Shown: positions 9,859-20,349, counted from the first letter of the stretch. The stretch: 64,000 nucleotides of DNA from Clostridium sp. CAG:793 (GCA_000433915.1 HF993639.1:61633-125632); one strand, 5' to 3'. Translations and numbers: made by a program. Notes: generated from the sequence alone by a model not told the origin.

Positions 9859-10584
9859 TTAAAAATCTCCAAATCTTTCTTTAAATTCTGGGCTTTCAAA
9901 TACTTCTTCTGCTTTTCCTTGTTTTATTATTTTCTTATCTAGTAGAATTACTTTGTCTGCAAATTTCTTTACTAAATCTAAGTCATGTGATACTAGTATG
10001 ATTGACATATCATATTTGACTTTTAGTTCATCTAATATTTGATAAAAATCTCGTATTCCATTTCTATCAATTCCAGATACAGGCTCATCTAATATTAGTA
10101 AATTAGGGATTGGCGTTGTTGCTATTGCTAGTAATATTCTTTGTAATTCTCCTCCTGAAAGGTTTCCTACTTTTTTATCTATTAATTGCTCTGCACCAAA
10201 TCTTTTTAGATTTTCTTTTACTTCATTATATAATTGCTTATCCTTTTTTAGCCATACTGGCTTGTCAGATATATAAGAAGCATACATGTCATATACACTT
10301 GTAGGCATATTTCTTTCAATATTTAAGCTCTGTGGTACATATCCAATTTTTATTTTTTTCTTTCTGTTTTCTTTCATATCAAGAAATTCTACCTTGCCAC
10401 TATGTGGTATCTCATCGAGTAGTGCTTTTAATAATGTAGATTTTCCTGCTCCATTTTTACCAATTAACATTGTCAATTCTCCGCAATGGATATCAAATGT
10501 TACGTCTCTTATTATTACTTGTTTGTCAATTCTTACGGTTATATTCTCAATTTTGGCACAATGAAGTCCACACGCATTTTCCAT
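9859..10584 (-). CDS. Metal ABC transporter ATP-binding protein
   Basis: Walker A GKNGAGKST, ABC signature LSGGELQR, Walker B ILDEP. Confidence 0.85.
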   Translation of the reverse strand: MENACGLHCAKIENITVRIDKQVIIRDVTFDIHCGELTMLIGKNGAGKSTLLKALLDEIPHSGKVEFLDMKENRKKKIKIGYVPQSLNIERNMPTSVYDMYASYISDKPVWLKKDKQLYNEVKENLKRFGAEQLIDKKVGNLSGGELQRILLAIATTPIPNLLILDEPVSGIDRNGIRDFYQILDELKVKYDMSIILVSHDLDLVKKFADKVILLDKKIIKQGKAEEVFESPEFKERFGDF

Positions 10585-10599
10585 ATTTGCTTCCTTTCA

Positions 10600-11493
10600 T
10601 TATTTTATTGATGTTAAAATATCATAATTATAATTCATTGTATCTATATATGATTGTTTGTTCTCGTTTCCTGTCATTCCAGAGTCTAATCTATATATTG
10701 TTGCTCCAGTTTCTTTTACAAGTGTCTCTGCCTTTTTAGTATCATCATTTTTGTCTATAAATATAGTTTTTATGTTTTCATCTTTCATTTTTGATATTAT
10801 TTTGCTCATCATCTCTGCTGATATTGCTGATTGATCATGATCTGTTTCAATTAATGTTGATTCAATTCCTACTTCTCTTAGTAAATATTCAAGCGATTCA
10901 TTTAAACAAATTGCTTTAGTCCCATTTGCATTTATTTGATTAAATTTATTTTGTAGTTCATATAATTTCTGCGTATATTTTTCAGCATTGTTGGCATATA
11001 TTTCTTTGTTATTTGGGTTTAATTTTACTAATTCATCTGCTATCTTATTTACTTGCTTTATGTTATTTTCTATACTAAGCCATACATGTGCATTTACCTC
11101 ATCATTATCAGATATAGTGTCTGTAATTTCTGATGCACTATCTATTATGTGTACATGCGGATATGCTTGTATTATTTTCTCTGAAAAACTTTCTAGTCCA
11201 TTTCCATTTTCTATAAATACTTGTGTTTTTTCAAATTTTTTTAAATCTGATGTTGTTAGTGTGTAGTCATGTATACATCCACTAAAGTTCTCAGCCATAT
11301 TGCTCACTTGTACATTATCTACATTTTCAGTTATATTTAATGTCATTATATATATTGGATTAAAAGATGTCAATATTTTAAATTGTTCATCATCGTTTTT
11401 ATTTTTTATTTTATGTGAGTTAGCATAGATTATATATGTTGCTATTATTATTACCGCTGCTATTACAGCTATAATTATTTTATTTTTTTTCAT
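10600..11493 (-). CDS. Metal ABC transporter substrate-binding lipoprotein (ZnuA/TroA-like)
   Basis: N-terminal signal/anchor; NAHVWLS (the DPHxW motif of cluster A-I binding proteins); same operon as the permease and ATPase. Confidence 0.75.
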   Translation of the reverse strand: MKKNKIIIAVIAAVIIIATYIIYANSHKIKNKNDDEQFKILTSFNPIYIMTLNITENVDNVQVSNMAENFSGCIHDYTLTTSDLKKFEKTQVFIENGNGLESFSEKIIQAYPHVHIIDSASEITDTISDNDEVNAHVWLSIENNIKQVNKIADELVKLNPNNKEIYANNAEKYTQKLYELQNKFNQINANGTKAICLNESLEYLLREVGIESTLIETDHDQSAISAEMMSKIISKMKDENIKTIFIDKNDDTKKAETLVKETGATIYRLDSGMTGNENKQSYIDTMNYNYDILTSIK

Positions 11494-11598
11494 TATTTAT
11501 GGCAACCTTTTATTTTTATTTAGATTTTTGGATTTATCTATAAACCTTCATTTAGTTCTAAAAAAGCTAGAACTTTTCTTCGTTCTAGCTTTTAATAA

Positions 11599-11871
11599 TT
11601 AGTCTTGTGAATATGGTAACATTGCAATATGTCTGCATCTGTTTACTGCAGTTGTAATATCTCTTTGATGTTTTGCACATGCTCCTGTTGTTCTTCTTGG
11701 AAGAATCTTTCCTCTTTCATTAACAAACTTTTTAAGTTGTTCTGGATTTTTGTAATCTAGAACTAGGTTCTTGTCACTGCATAAAGGACAAGCCTTTTTT
11801 CTTATTTTTCTTACCTTGAAGTCATCATCATAGTCTTTATTATTTCTTCTATTATTTCTCTTGTCTGCCAT
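11599..11871 (-). CDS. rpsR: 30S ribosomal protein S18
   Basis: Typical S18 sequence (ACPLCSDK...[14 protein letters not shown]), 90 aa. Confidence 0.9.
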   Translation of the reverse strand: MADKRNNRRNNKDYDDDFKVRKIRKKACPLCSDKNLVLDYKNPEQLKKFVNERGKILPRRTTGACAKHQRDITTAVNRCRHIAMLPYSQD

Positions 11872-11896
11872 CTGTTTTCCCTCCTAACTTTAAAAA

Positions 11897-12331
11897 TTAA
11901 AATGGTAGGTCGTCTCCAGATGATACTTCAAAATCTGAAGTATCTCCACCATTACTTGGTGTCATATTTCCTCCGAATGTATTATCGAAGTTTGCTGAGT
12001 CTGAATCTCCTCTTTTGCTATCAGCAAAATAAACTTCTTCAGCAACAACATCTGTTGCATATCTTTTTTGACCTTGTTGGTCTTCCCAGCTTCTTGTTTG
12101 AATTCTACCTACTACTGCAACCTGTTGACCTTTTTTGAAGTATTTACTAACAAATTCGCCTGTTTTTCCCCAAGCTGTTATGTTAATAAAGTCAGCAGTT
12201 TGACTGTCTCCTTCTCTGGCAAATCTTCTATTTACAGCTAGTGCAAATGAAGCTACCATTGTATTATTTGTCTGTGTATATCTAACTTCTGGATCTCTAG
12301 TTAATCTTCCCATTAGAATTACTTTGTTCAT
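11897..12331 (-). CDS. ssb: Single-stranded DNA-binding protein
   Basis: OB-fold SSB N-terminus; Gly-rich linker; acidic C-terminal tail ending DDLPF. Confidence 0.9.
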   Translation of the reverse strand: MNKVILMGRLTRDPEVRYTQTNNTMVASFALAVNRRFAREGDSQTADFINITAWGKTGEFVSKYFKKGQQVAVVGRIQTRSWEDQQGQKRYATDVVAEEVYFADSKRGDSDSANFDNTFGGNMTPSNGGDTSDFEVSSGDDLPF

Positions 12332-12381
12332 ATTTAAGTACCTTACCTTTCTAAAAAATAAAGCTCCTACTTATCCTTTAA

Positions 12382-12666
12382 CTATTCTTCTACTCTAACA
12401 TCTATGAACTTAATAACTTCATCTGTTATTCTGTAGATTCTCTCTAATTCTGCAATTAGAGTTGGATTTGCTTCAAAATATAGAACAACGTAAATTCCTT
12501 CTTTGTTCTTCTTAACATCATAAGCTAATTTTCTTTTGCCTAATTCGTCAATTTTTGTAAGCTTTCCATCATTATTAATCAATTCTGTAAATTTAGCTTC
12601 TAAAGCCTTTAATTTTTCATCATCTACAGATGGATTTATAATGATAACACTCTCGTATTTATTCAT
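12382..12666 (-). CDS. rpsF: 30S ribosomal protein S6
   Basis: MNKYESVIIINPS start with a GGAGGTG SD; the rpsF-ssb-rpsR order is typical of Firmicutes. The track ORF is 5'-extended to 12759. Confidence 0.85.
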   Translation of the reverse strand: MNKYESVIIINPSVDDEKLKALEAKFTELINNDGKLTKIDELGKRKLAYDVKKNKEGIYVVLYFEANPTLIAELERIYRITDEVIKFIDVRVEE

Positions 12667-12740
12667 TACATTCACCTCCTTATGGGTATATAGCCTACCT
12701 TTGCTTATAGGTAAGCAAGGTCTGTTAATTATTTTAACAC

Positions 12741-12772
12741 AAAAAGCCTTGTTTGACAAGGCTTTTTTTATA
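12741..12772. terminator. Bidirectional hairpin terminator downstream of sigA
   Basis: aaaagccttgtttgacaaggcttttttt. Confidence 0.6.
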
Positions 12773-12774
12773 AT

Positions 12775-14091
12775 TTACATATATTCTTTTAATTTTTTAC
12801 TTCTGCTTGGATGTCTTAATTTTCTTAATGCTTTTGCTTCTATTTGTCTAATTCTTTCACGTGTTACGTTAAATTGTTTTCCAACCTCTTCGAGTGTACG
12901 TGCTTTTCCATCATCTAGTCCAAATCTTAGTCTTAAAACTTTTGCTTCTCTTGGTGTAAGAGTTTTCATTACTTCTTCAAGTTGTTCTCTTAGCATTGTA
13001 TATGATGCAGCATCTTGAGGTGATGGAGAATCATCATCTTGTATAAAATCTCCTAAATGGCTGTCATCTTCTTCTCCAATTGGTGTTTCTAATGATACTG
13101 GATCTTGTGCAATTTTCTGGATTTCTAATACTTTTTCTACTGGTATTTCCATTTCTTCTGCAATCTCTTCTGGAGTTGGTTCTCTACCATTTTGTTGCAA
13201 TAGATGTCTTGATGTACGTATTAATTTGTTGATTGTTTCTACCATGTGTACTGGTATTCTTATTGTTCTCGCTTGGTCTGCTATTGCTCTTGTTATTGCT
13301 TGTCTTATCCACCATGTTGCATACGTACTAAATTTGAATCCTTTTGTGTAATCAAATTTGTCAACAGCTTTTATTAGACCCATATTTCCTTCTTGTATCA
13401 AGTCTAGGAACAACATTCCTCTTCCTACATATTTTTTAGCTATACTTACAACTAATCTTAGGTTTGATTCAGTTAATTTTTTCTTGGCTTCCTCATCATC
13501 TTCTAATATTCTTTTTGCTAATTCAAGTTCTTCATCATAGTTTAGAAGTGGAATCTTTCCGATTTCTCTTAAATACATTCTTACAGGATCATCTAAGCTG
13601 ATTCCTTCCATGTTGTCTACATCTAAGTCTTCTACTGATATATCTTCTACTTCTTCTAAGTCTTCTGCATCTGGCTCAATGTCATCACCATCATCACCTA
13701 TAACGTTTATTCCCATTTGTTCAAATGCATCAAATACTTTTTCTACTTGGTCAGGATTAGCATTTCCTAATTGTGATGCAAGTTCATCATAAGTTACCTT
13801 CCCTTTTTTCTTAGCTTGGTCTAATATTTTCTTTACCTTCTCTTCTGAATTTGCTACTTTTGTTTCTGGTTCTGTTTTTTTCTCTTCTGTTTTTTCTTTT
13901 GACTTAGCTGTTTTAGTAGAATTAGCTTTTGTAGTTTTTTTTGCTACTTTATCAGTTGATTTTTTTTCTATTATCTTTTCTTCTTTTTCTGTTTCTAATT
14001 GTTTATTCTTTTTATTTGCTTCTTCTTTTTTTGCTATACGAGCATTATCTATTAAGTTAATTACATCTTTTACATTATCTGATTCTTTCAT
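12775..14091 (-). CDS. sigA: RNA polymerase sigma factor SigA (RpoD)
   Basis: Regions 2-4 conserved ([25 protein letters not shown], region 4.2 HTH); K/E-rich N-terminal region. Confidence 0.92.
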   Translation of the reverse strand: MKESDNVKDVINLIDNARIAKKEEANKKNKQLETEKEEKIIEKKSTDKVAKKTTKANSTKTAKSKEKTEEKKTEPETKVANSEEKVKKILDQAKKKGKVTYDELASQLGNANPDQVEKVFDAFEQMGINVIGDDGDDIEPDAEDLEEVEDISVEDLDVDNMEGISLDDPVRMYLREIGKIPLLNYDEELELAKRILEDDEEAKKKLTESNLRLVVSIAKKYVGRGMLFLDLIQEGNMGLIKAVDKFDYTKGFKFSTYATWWIRQAITRAIADQARTIRIPVHMVETINKLIRTSRHLLQQNGREPTPEEIAEEMEIPVEKVLEIQKIAQDPVSLETPIGEEDDSHLGDFIQDDDSPSPQDAASYTMLREQLEEVMKTLTPREAKVLRLRFGLDDGKARTLEEVGKQFNVTRERIRQIEAKALRKLRHPSRSKKLKEYM

Positions 14092-14100
14092 TTTTACCTC

Positions 14101-15891
14101 CTACTTCATTCTAGCTAAATCAATAATTATTGAATTCAGTTCTTTTTCTAATTTAGCCGCTTCATCATTTGTTAAGTTTGTCTTATCTTCAAGTAATTTT
14201 ATTATCTGATTTCTTCTTTTTACTTTTCTTTCTTTTAAATAAATCTTTTCAATATCTTCTATTGCTTTATTTTCATCAATTATTTCAAAGTCAGTTAATA
14301 AAATTCCACTTAGATAATTTACTGTATCTTCATCATTAAACCATTCTACAACGTTTTCAATATTTGCATTTTCTGAAATTTTGCTTATTAATGTCATAAT
14401 TATATTTTTATTTCTCTCTGATTTTATACATTCTAAATCAACCGCTTGTCTTATTCTTTCAAAGCTTTCTTCTGTATAATTTATTAATAAATAGATTAGC
14501 ATTTTTTCTCTTTTTAATGTTGCTTCATCAATTTTTTCTTCTGGCTTTTGGGTGATTGTTACAGTTGGTTTTTCTAATATTTTCTCATTTGCCGTATTTT
14601 TGTATAATTTTTTATTTATCTCAGCATATATAGCTTCCTTTGATATTCCATAAGTACGAGCTATGTTATCAACATAGACTTCTCTTTCCATTGTATTATC
14701 TACTTCGGAAAGTGTTTTTGCCAACTCATTAAGAAATTTAATTTTGTCACTTGTGTTTTCTAGATTTAAATTCTTTTTTAGATTTTTAATTTTATATTCT
14801 ACAACAGATATTGCATTGTCCATACATTTTCTAAATTTATCTGGTCCATATTTAACTACAAATTCGTCTGGATCTTTTGCTCCACTTATTTGTAATACTC
14901 TAATGTCAACTCCCATATTTTTTAAAATTTCCATTCCTCTCATTATGGCAGTTTGTCCAGCTCCATCTGCATCATAACCAAGTATTACTTGTTCACTACT
15001 TCTTCGTAATAGTCGCCCTTGTGCATCTGTTAATGCTGTTCCTAGTGAAGCTACTACATTGGTAATTCCTCTTTGATATAGTGATATAGCATCCATATAT
15101 CCTTCAACTATAAGTATTCTTTTTAGCATACCTGTTGTTCCTCTTTTGGCAACATTTAATCCAAATAGATTTCTTCCTTTGCTATATACTATATTTTCTG
15201 GCGAATTTATATATTTAGGTTTACTATCATCTAATACTCTTCCTCCAAATGCAATTACTCTATTGCGTACGTCTTGTATTGGAAACATTATTCTGTGTCT
15301 GAATTTGTCGTAATACCTTCCACTTTCTGATCTTCCAATTAGACTTGAGGCAAGCATTTCTTCTTCATTAAATCCCTGTGATTTTAAATATGCATACAAT
15401 TCATTATTGTCTCCTGCATATCCTATTAAAAATGATTTTAATGTATTATTATCTAATTTTCTCTTTTTTATGTATTCTTGTCCTGCTTTAGATGTAGATT
15501 TATATAAATTCTGATGATAAAATTCAGCTGCCGCTTTGTTTACTTCATAAACTTTTGATTTTAAGATTGATGTATGTTCATCTTCACTGTTTTGAGATTT
15601 TGGAAGTTCAACTCCTGCTCTTTCTGCAAGCATTTGCACACTTTCGCCAAAGCTTATGTTCTCTACTTTACTTATAAAGTGAAATACATTTCCTCCAACA
15701 CCACATCCAAAACATTTGAAGATTTGCTTATCTGGTGATACAGAAAATGATGGTGATTTCTCATTGTGAAAAGGACATAATCCAAAAAAGTTTCTTCCTT
15801 TTCTTTTTAAAGTTACATACTGTGATATTACATCAACTATATCATTACGACTTCTTATTTCATCTAACAATTCATCACTGTATCGTACCAT
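14101..15891 (-). CDS. dnaG: DNA primase
   Basis: Zinc-binding motif CPFHNEKSPSF; TOPRIM (EGYMD); dnaG-sigA operon arrangement. Confidence 0.92.
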   Translation of the reverse strand: MVRYSDELLDEIRSRNDIVDVISQYVTLKRKGRNFFGLCPFHNEKSPSFSVSPDKQIFKCFGCGVGGNVFHFISKVENISFGESVQMLAERAGVELPKSQNSEDEHTSILKSKVYEVNKAAAEFYHQNLYKSTSKAGQEYIKKRKLDNNTLKSFLIGYAGDNNELYAYLKSQGFNEEEMLASSLIGRSESGRYYDKFRHRIMFPIQDVRNRVIAFGGRVLDDSKPKYINSPENIVYSKGRNLFGLNVAKRGTTGMLKRILIVEGYMDAISLYQRGITNVVASLGTALTDAQGRLLRRSSEQVILGYDADGAGQTAIMRGMEILKNMGVDIRVLQISGAKDPDEFVVKYGPDKFRKCMDNAISVVEYKIKNLKKNLNLENTSDKIKFLNELAKTLSEVDNTMEREVYVDNIARTYGISKEAIYAEINKKLYKNTANEKILEKPTVTITQKPEEKIDEATLKREKMLIYLLINYTEESFERIRQAVDLECIKSERNKNIIMTLISKISENANIENVVEWFNDEDTVNYLSGILLTDFEIIDENKAIEDIEKIYLKERKVKRRNQIIKLLEDKTNLTNDEAAKLEKELNSIIIDLARMK

Positions 15892-16190
15892 AATTCTACC
15901 TTTCTTTTCTCATACTTATACTATTCGACAAAAAGCTTTTAAATCCTTCTTATTTTTTTTAAAAGTCAATATTTATGTAAATTATCTCTTGACAAAAGAA
16001 TAATAATGTACTTATATCTTCATGTTTTTGCTATATATCTTCTAATTAACATAATAATCTTTTTTTTCGAATAAAAAAAGATACCAAATATGAATTATGT
16101 TTTATCATATTGTATCTTTTCTTCATTGATTTATATCAATTTTATCACACAAAATCTATGTTTAGATAATTCATAGATTTATTGTTCATT

Positions 16191-16766
16191 TTAGAAATTT
16201 GTTGTTCCATTGAATGGAATAAATTTATTTACAGCACTTTGTTGTAAGTCAATCTTTGCTTCTGTTGGTACTCTAAATTCTTTATAAGACATATCTATTT
16301 TATTGTCTACTAATTTTTCTATTTCATCTTTTGATGCATGTTCTGCTAGGACTAATTCGCTAACCAATATTAGTTTTGCATTATTAAGCATCTTCTTTTC
16401 ACCTGTTGATAATGATCCTTTTTCTTTTTGCTTAAAGCTTAAATTTCTTACTACGTCAGCTACTTGATAAATATCTCCTGTCTTCATTTTGTCTAAGTTC
16501 TCTCTATATCTTTTATTCCAGTTATCTGACATTTCTGTCTCATCTTGCTCTAATAGTTGTAATACTTTATTTGCACTTTGTCCATCAATAACACTTCTAA
16601 CACCCATTGATTCTGCCTTAGCTGTTGGCACCATTATCTTAACTTCTCCTGGCATTTTTATTACATAATATTGATGTTTCTCTCCTAATATTTCCTTTTC
16701 CTCAATAGCATCTATTGTCCCTGCACCATGCATTGGATAAACTATATTGTCACCTACATTAAACAT
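16191..16766 (-). CDS. CarD-family transcriptional regulator (CdnL-like)
   Basis: N-terminal CarD_TRCF RNAP-interaction domain (GDNIVYPMHGAGTIDAIEEKEI). Confidence 0.75.
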   Translation of the reverse strand: MFNVGDNIVYPMHGAGTIDAIEEKEILGEKHQYYVIKMPGEVKIMVPTAKAESMGVRSVIDGQSANKVLQLLEQDETEMSDNWNKRYRENLDKMKTGDIYQVADVVRNLSFKQKEKGSLSTGEKKMLNNAKLILVSELVLAEHASKDEIEKLVDNKIDMSYKEFRVPTEAKIDLQQSAVNKFIPFNGTTNF

Positions 16767-16977
16767 TTATGTATTCTCCTTTCCAACTTTTGGCCTATTA
16801 GAAGATATAAGTCTCCTCATTTACCACATCTATATTATACCACGATTTTGAAAATAAGTAAAGGAATTTTTAAAGAAATAATTTTCTTTCTTATGATAGT
16901 TTTTAACCGCCTTTGGGGCTTATTATGATTATTATTATAATTCTTTATTCGTTTTACATAATTTTTATTAATTTGTA

Positions 16978-17006
16978 TTGCTAATATTATGTAAATGTGG
17001 TATAAT
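16978..17006 (+). promoter_or_regulatory. Sigma-A type promoter (extended -10) for the two-gene GC-anomalous module
   Basis: TTGCTA (16978-16983), a 17-nt spacer, TGgTATAAT (-10 at 17001-17006). Confidence 0.45.
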
Positions 17007-17067
17007 AAAATGTACATACGTTAGTATGAATAGTACATTGAAAAATTAGAAAGGTTGTTGAGTTTTC

Positions 17068-17754
17068 ATGGCAATGAACATTATTCAAGTAAAAGATGGA
17101 AAAATGATAAAGTTTTCGGATGGCACTATGATTCCTCCAAGCGGACCTCGGTATCATCGTCACACTACTCGCTCAGGCATATGTGAATATCTTTCAACAG
17201 GAAATACGTATCTTCCCGCGGTGCCGCAGTTTATAAGCCTTAATAAGGCTTATAACTTGGAAAGTCGCCTCTTCGAAGCTTCTTTGCAAAGTGGCATTCT
17301 CATGCTTAAAAATTTGGCCACTAAGGACCTTGTAGTCTTAAAGGACTCGGTTTTAACAATTTACAATGATGGAAAGTTGGTAAAACCAGCCGAATTTGTT
17401 ACAATGCCTGGTGACCTGACAGGTACTGCGGTTATTCGCAACAACATGGCAAGCCGAGATAACTTCAGTTGGGACAATTCTCAATTTAAAAGTTTTCTAA
17501 AAAATCATGGGATCATTACTCCCTTGCATCAGGATCCCAACAGACTTTACCATGTTGGCAAAGATGATACTCTTCTTTCAAACGGCCAGCAAATTGTCGA
17601 CCCATTTGAAAAGCAAAATGTCGTTTTAGTCAATGCCACATGGAGCATACTTGTGGAGAAAAAAATAGAAGGAAATTGCAAGATTTCAAAATGCACTTTC
17701 CGTTCTCTGCAAAATCCTACAACTATTGCAGGATTACCTCATGTACATATTTAA
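17068..17754 (+). CDS. Hypothetical protein A (228 aa) of a GC-anomalous two-gene module
   Basis: Visibly ~42-45% GC against the <30% neighbours, with GC-ending codons. No signal peptide and no recognisable motif. Confidence 0.6.
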   Translation: MAMNIIQVKDGKMIKFSDGTMIPPSGPRYHRHTTRSGICEYLSTGNTYLPAVPQFISLNKAYNLESRLFEASLQSGILMLKNLATKDLVVLKDSVLTIYNDGKLVKPAEFVTMPGDLTGTAVIRNNMASRDNFSWDNSQFKSFLKNHGIITPLHQDPNRLYHVGKDDTLLSNGQQIVDPFEKQNVVLVNATWSILVEKKIEGNCKISKCTFRSLQNPTTIAGLPHVHI

Positions 17755-17775
17755 TGTATTAAAAAGGAGTTTTGT

Positions 17776-18450
17776 ATGTTTATTACAGTTCAATTTGATG
17801 AAAGAACTAATGTTCCCAAAGCCAAGGGAAAAGTTTACATCTCTAGCTATGAACGTGGTCAGCAGGATAACATTAGTGCAAAATCAAAGAATGAGCAAAA
17901 GGCATTTTTGACATATCCCCGAAAGCTGGATCTTGTGTCTTTTAAGGTAGAGATCATATCTGATACCGAGTTTCATTGCTCGGCACCCAATTACGGGCAA
18001 ACTGGCATCTTTAAGAACGGTATCTTCGAGGTTGTTGATGGTAAAAATATCATTGCCCGTTATCGTTGCACACCCACAAGTCAGATTGACGGTACTTTGT
18101 CTTTCTGCTCTGGTTTTCCTTCTAACTTTCCGAAGATCTCCTTCCGGAATCCGGTCTTCGATAAGTATCTAAGAGATCATTCCATTTTTAAGATGGAAGC
18201 ACGGCCTTCTGATGGGATTTACCCTATCCATGATGGAGAGAAGATCTTTTCAGATGGAGTCGTTAAAAAGTGCAATGGCATCTCTTACAAAGTAAGTCAT
18301 TCCACCTGGGTTATCATCTGTGGTAAAACTGTGGATGACTCGGTCCACTTTAAAACCTGTGGAGCTTGCTATAGGTATTCCAGCCGATTGATTTCTGCCA
18401 AGAATCCTATGGAGCTTGCTCTTCCCGTTATCAACCTTTCGAAGCTATGA
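17776..18450 (+). CDS. Hypothetical Cys-rich protein B (224 aa) of the same module
   Basis: 21 nt downstream of gene A with an AAGGAG SD. Seven Cys including CGAC. Same anomalous composition. Confidence 0.6.
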   Translation: MFITVQFDERTNVPKAKGKVYISSYERGQQDNISAKSKNEQKAFLTYPRKLDLVSFKVEIISDTEFHCSAPNYGQTGIFKNGIFEVVDGKNIIARYRCTPTSQIDGTLSFCSGFPSNFPKISFRNPVFDKYLRDHSIFKMEARPSDGIYPIHDGEKIFSDGVVKKCNGISYKVSHSTWVIICGKTVDDSVHFKTCGACYRYSSRLISAKNPMELALPVINLSKL

Positions 18451-18470
18451 TTGGCTGCCAATCATAGTGT

Positions 18471-18524
18471 AGCTCCCCCGAGCAGGTACGATATTTCGCG
18501 CCTAGCTTGGGGGAGCTATTTTTA
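18471..18524 (+). terminator. Strong intrinsic terminator of the two-gene module
   Basis: tagctccccc ... gggggagcta stem followed by ttttt; it is preceded by a separate perfect palindrome at 18444-18466. Confidence 0.7.
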
Positions 18525-18541
18525 TTTATATTTTATATTTA

Positions 18542-19006
18542 TTATTTATTATCAGTTGAACCAAATCCACCTTTTCTAACTCCATCTGCTGAATCATTAT
18601 CTGTTGTTAAATATTTCATAAATATTGCTTGTCCTATTGCATCTCCTTTTTTTATTGTAACATCATGATCAAAGAAATTATAAAATGCAAACATAAAATG
18701 TCCATCATTATCTTCATTTCCATAATAATCATAATCTATTATTCCAACACTGTTTGCCATTACCAATCCTCTTTTTCCTGGATTAGAGCTTCTATTACAT
18801 AACATATAAAATTCATCTGGTTGGCAGTATGCTTTTAATCCTGTTTTTACCAAAGTTGGCTTTTGTCCTTGCTTAAATGCAGGTATAACTGTATCTTCTG
18901 CTGCTTCAATATCATATCCAGCTGCATATTTAGTCTTTCTAACTGGTATATGAATATCTTTATCTTCAAATCCTTTTGCTATTTCAAATCCTCTTTTTTT
19001 CTCCAT
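18542..19006 (-). CDS. dut: dUTP diphosphatase
   Basis: dUTPase motifs (AGYDI, GIIDYDYYG, GGFGSTD). Confidence 0.85.
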   Translation of the reverse strand: MEKKRGFEIAKGFEDKDIHIPVRKTKYAAGYDIEAAEDTVIPAFKQGQKPTLVKTGLKAYCQPDEFYMLCNRSSNPGKRGLVMANSVGIIDYDYYGNEDNDGHFMFAFYNFFDHDVTIKKGDAIGQAIFMKYLTTDNDSADGVRKGGFGSTDNK

Positions 19007-19158
19007 ATTATTAACCTCTTTTCTTTTATATTTAATTGTTTTATACTTTGCTATTTTATTTTATATTAACTTTAATGTCAACCTTATCATATAATAATAA
19101 TATAAATATTATATTTTATAATATTATGTTAATCATATATCTGTCTAAGTTTTATTAT

Positions 19159-19446
19159 ATGAATTTAAGAACTTTTATTCCTATATGTATTAATAAAAAA
19201 AGCAAGAAAGGAAAGAATATCTCATTGAAAAAGCTAATTGATTTATGTGATGACGCTTCTGGAATTATTGATTCTGTTAATTGTTGTAAACATTTAAAGA
19301 CCAGACTTTCTGATCTTGGATTAGTTGAAGGAACTCCAATAAAAAGAGTATTCTGTTCTCCATTTGGCGATCCTGTTGCTTATGAGTTTAGGGGAAGTAT
19401 TATGGCTATAAGAGCTGATGAAGCTTGCAATATTTATCTAAAGTAG
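19159..19446 (+). CDS. feoA: Ferrous iron transport protein A
   Basis: Small SH3-like FeoA domain (LSDLGLVEGTPIKRVFCSPFGDPVAYEFRGSIMAIRADEA). Start trimmed; the track ORF has a low-complexity 5' extension. Confidence 0.75.
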   Translation: MNLRTFIPICINKKSKKGKNISLKKLIDLCDDASGIIDSVNCCKHLKTRLSDLGLVEGTPIKRVFCSPFGDPVAYEFRGSIMAIRADEACNIYLK

Positions 19447-19491
19447 AAAAATACACTAAGATCTTAATTATAGATTTTAGTGTATTTTTTG

Positions 19492-20184
19492 TTATTTCTT
19501 TAGTTCCTTTTCTGCTTCTTTATAATCTGGCATATAGCTTTCAACCATTTCCCAGAATTTCTTTGAATGGTTCATATATTTTAAATGACATATTTCATGT
19601 AAAACAACATATTCTATTGCTTTTCTACTATACATCATTAAGTTTTGATTTATAGTAATTACTTTTCTTGAAGAGCATGTTCCCCAAGCATATTTAATTT
19701 TCTTTATTTTATACTCTTCTGGAGCAAGTCCTACCATCTTTCTTGTTTTTTCCATAGCAGATTCAACTTCCTTTTCTGCTATCATGTAATACATTTTATC
19801 TATCATTTTCTTTATTTGCTCAGTATTGTCTTCTTCTGCATACGATAATGGCAATATAATTTCAATTTTTTCATTTTCAACATTTAGTATGGCATTATTT
19901 ATATCTTTATAATATATGTTTAAATAATAGCTTTCACCTAAAATCTGAAACTTCTCGCCATCTTCATATTCTTTTGCTTTTCTTGGAGATACATTATATT
20001 CTTCAAGTTTTTTCATTATCCAGTCTCTTTTGCTCTCTACTACTTCTTGAATTTGGTTACGAGTCGTATACCATGGTGCTTTTATAACTACTTCACCATT
20101 TTCTATTGTTATATAAATATTCTTTATTTTAGCTTTATTTATTGTATATGCTATAGTTTTGTTTTGATATTTAACTTTCCCCAT
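19492..20184 (-). CDS. YgjP-like metal-dependent hydrolase (DUF45/M48-related, HExxH)
   Basis: VLHEICHLKY zincin motif near the C-terminus; GGGAG SD. Confidence 0.65.
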   Translation of the reverse strand: MGKVKYQNKTIAYTINKAKIKNIYITIENGEVVIKAPWYTTRNQIQEVVESKRDWIMKKLEEYNVSPRKAKEYEDGEKFQILGESYYLNIYYKDINNAILNVENEKIEIILPLSYAEEDNTEQIKKMIDKMYYMIAEKEVESAMEKTRKMVGLAPEEYKIKKIKYAWGTCSSRKVITINQNLMMYSRKAIEYVVLHEICHLKYMNHSKKFWEMVESYMPDYKEAEKELKK

Positions 20185-20349
20185 AATAGTGTCTCCCTTT
20201 CACTTTTTATAGATTACTGTTTGTTCTTTTAGTGAACTTCTGTTCGATTTTAATTTTACTATTTATTAATATTTTTGTCAATAGTTTTTTTATATTTTTG
20301 TTATGATTTTTTTATTTGTTTCATACAATTTCGTATGGAGGTTTGTGTT

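Noticed and set aside
12775-13300. Lys/Glu-rich low-complexity stretch at the sigA N-terminus and the similar Lys-rich N-terminus of the PBP gene
   Set aside because: Considered as possible repeats or an insertion. Such charged N-terminal regions (sigma region 1.1 linker; PBP cytoplasmic tail) are normal in low-GC Firmicutes.
19036-19158. 5' extension of the feoA ORF (MFYTLLFYFILTL...)
   Set aside because: Low-complexity translation of AT-rich promoter DNA. The FeoA domain begins at the internal ATG (19159), and the extension would add a nonsensical hydrophobic tail.
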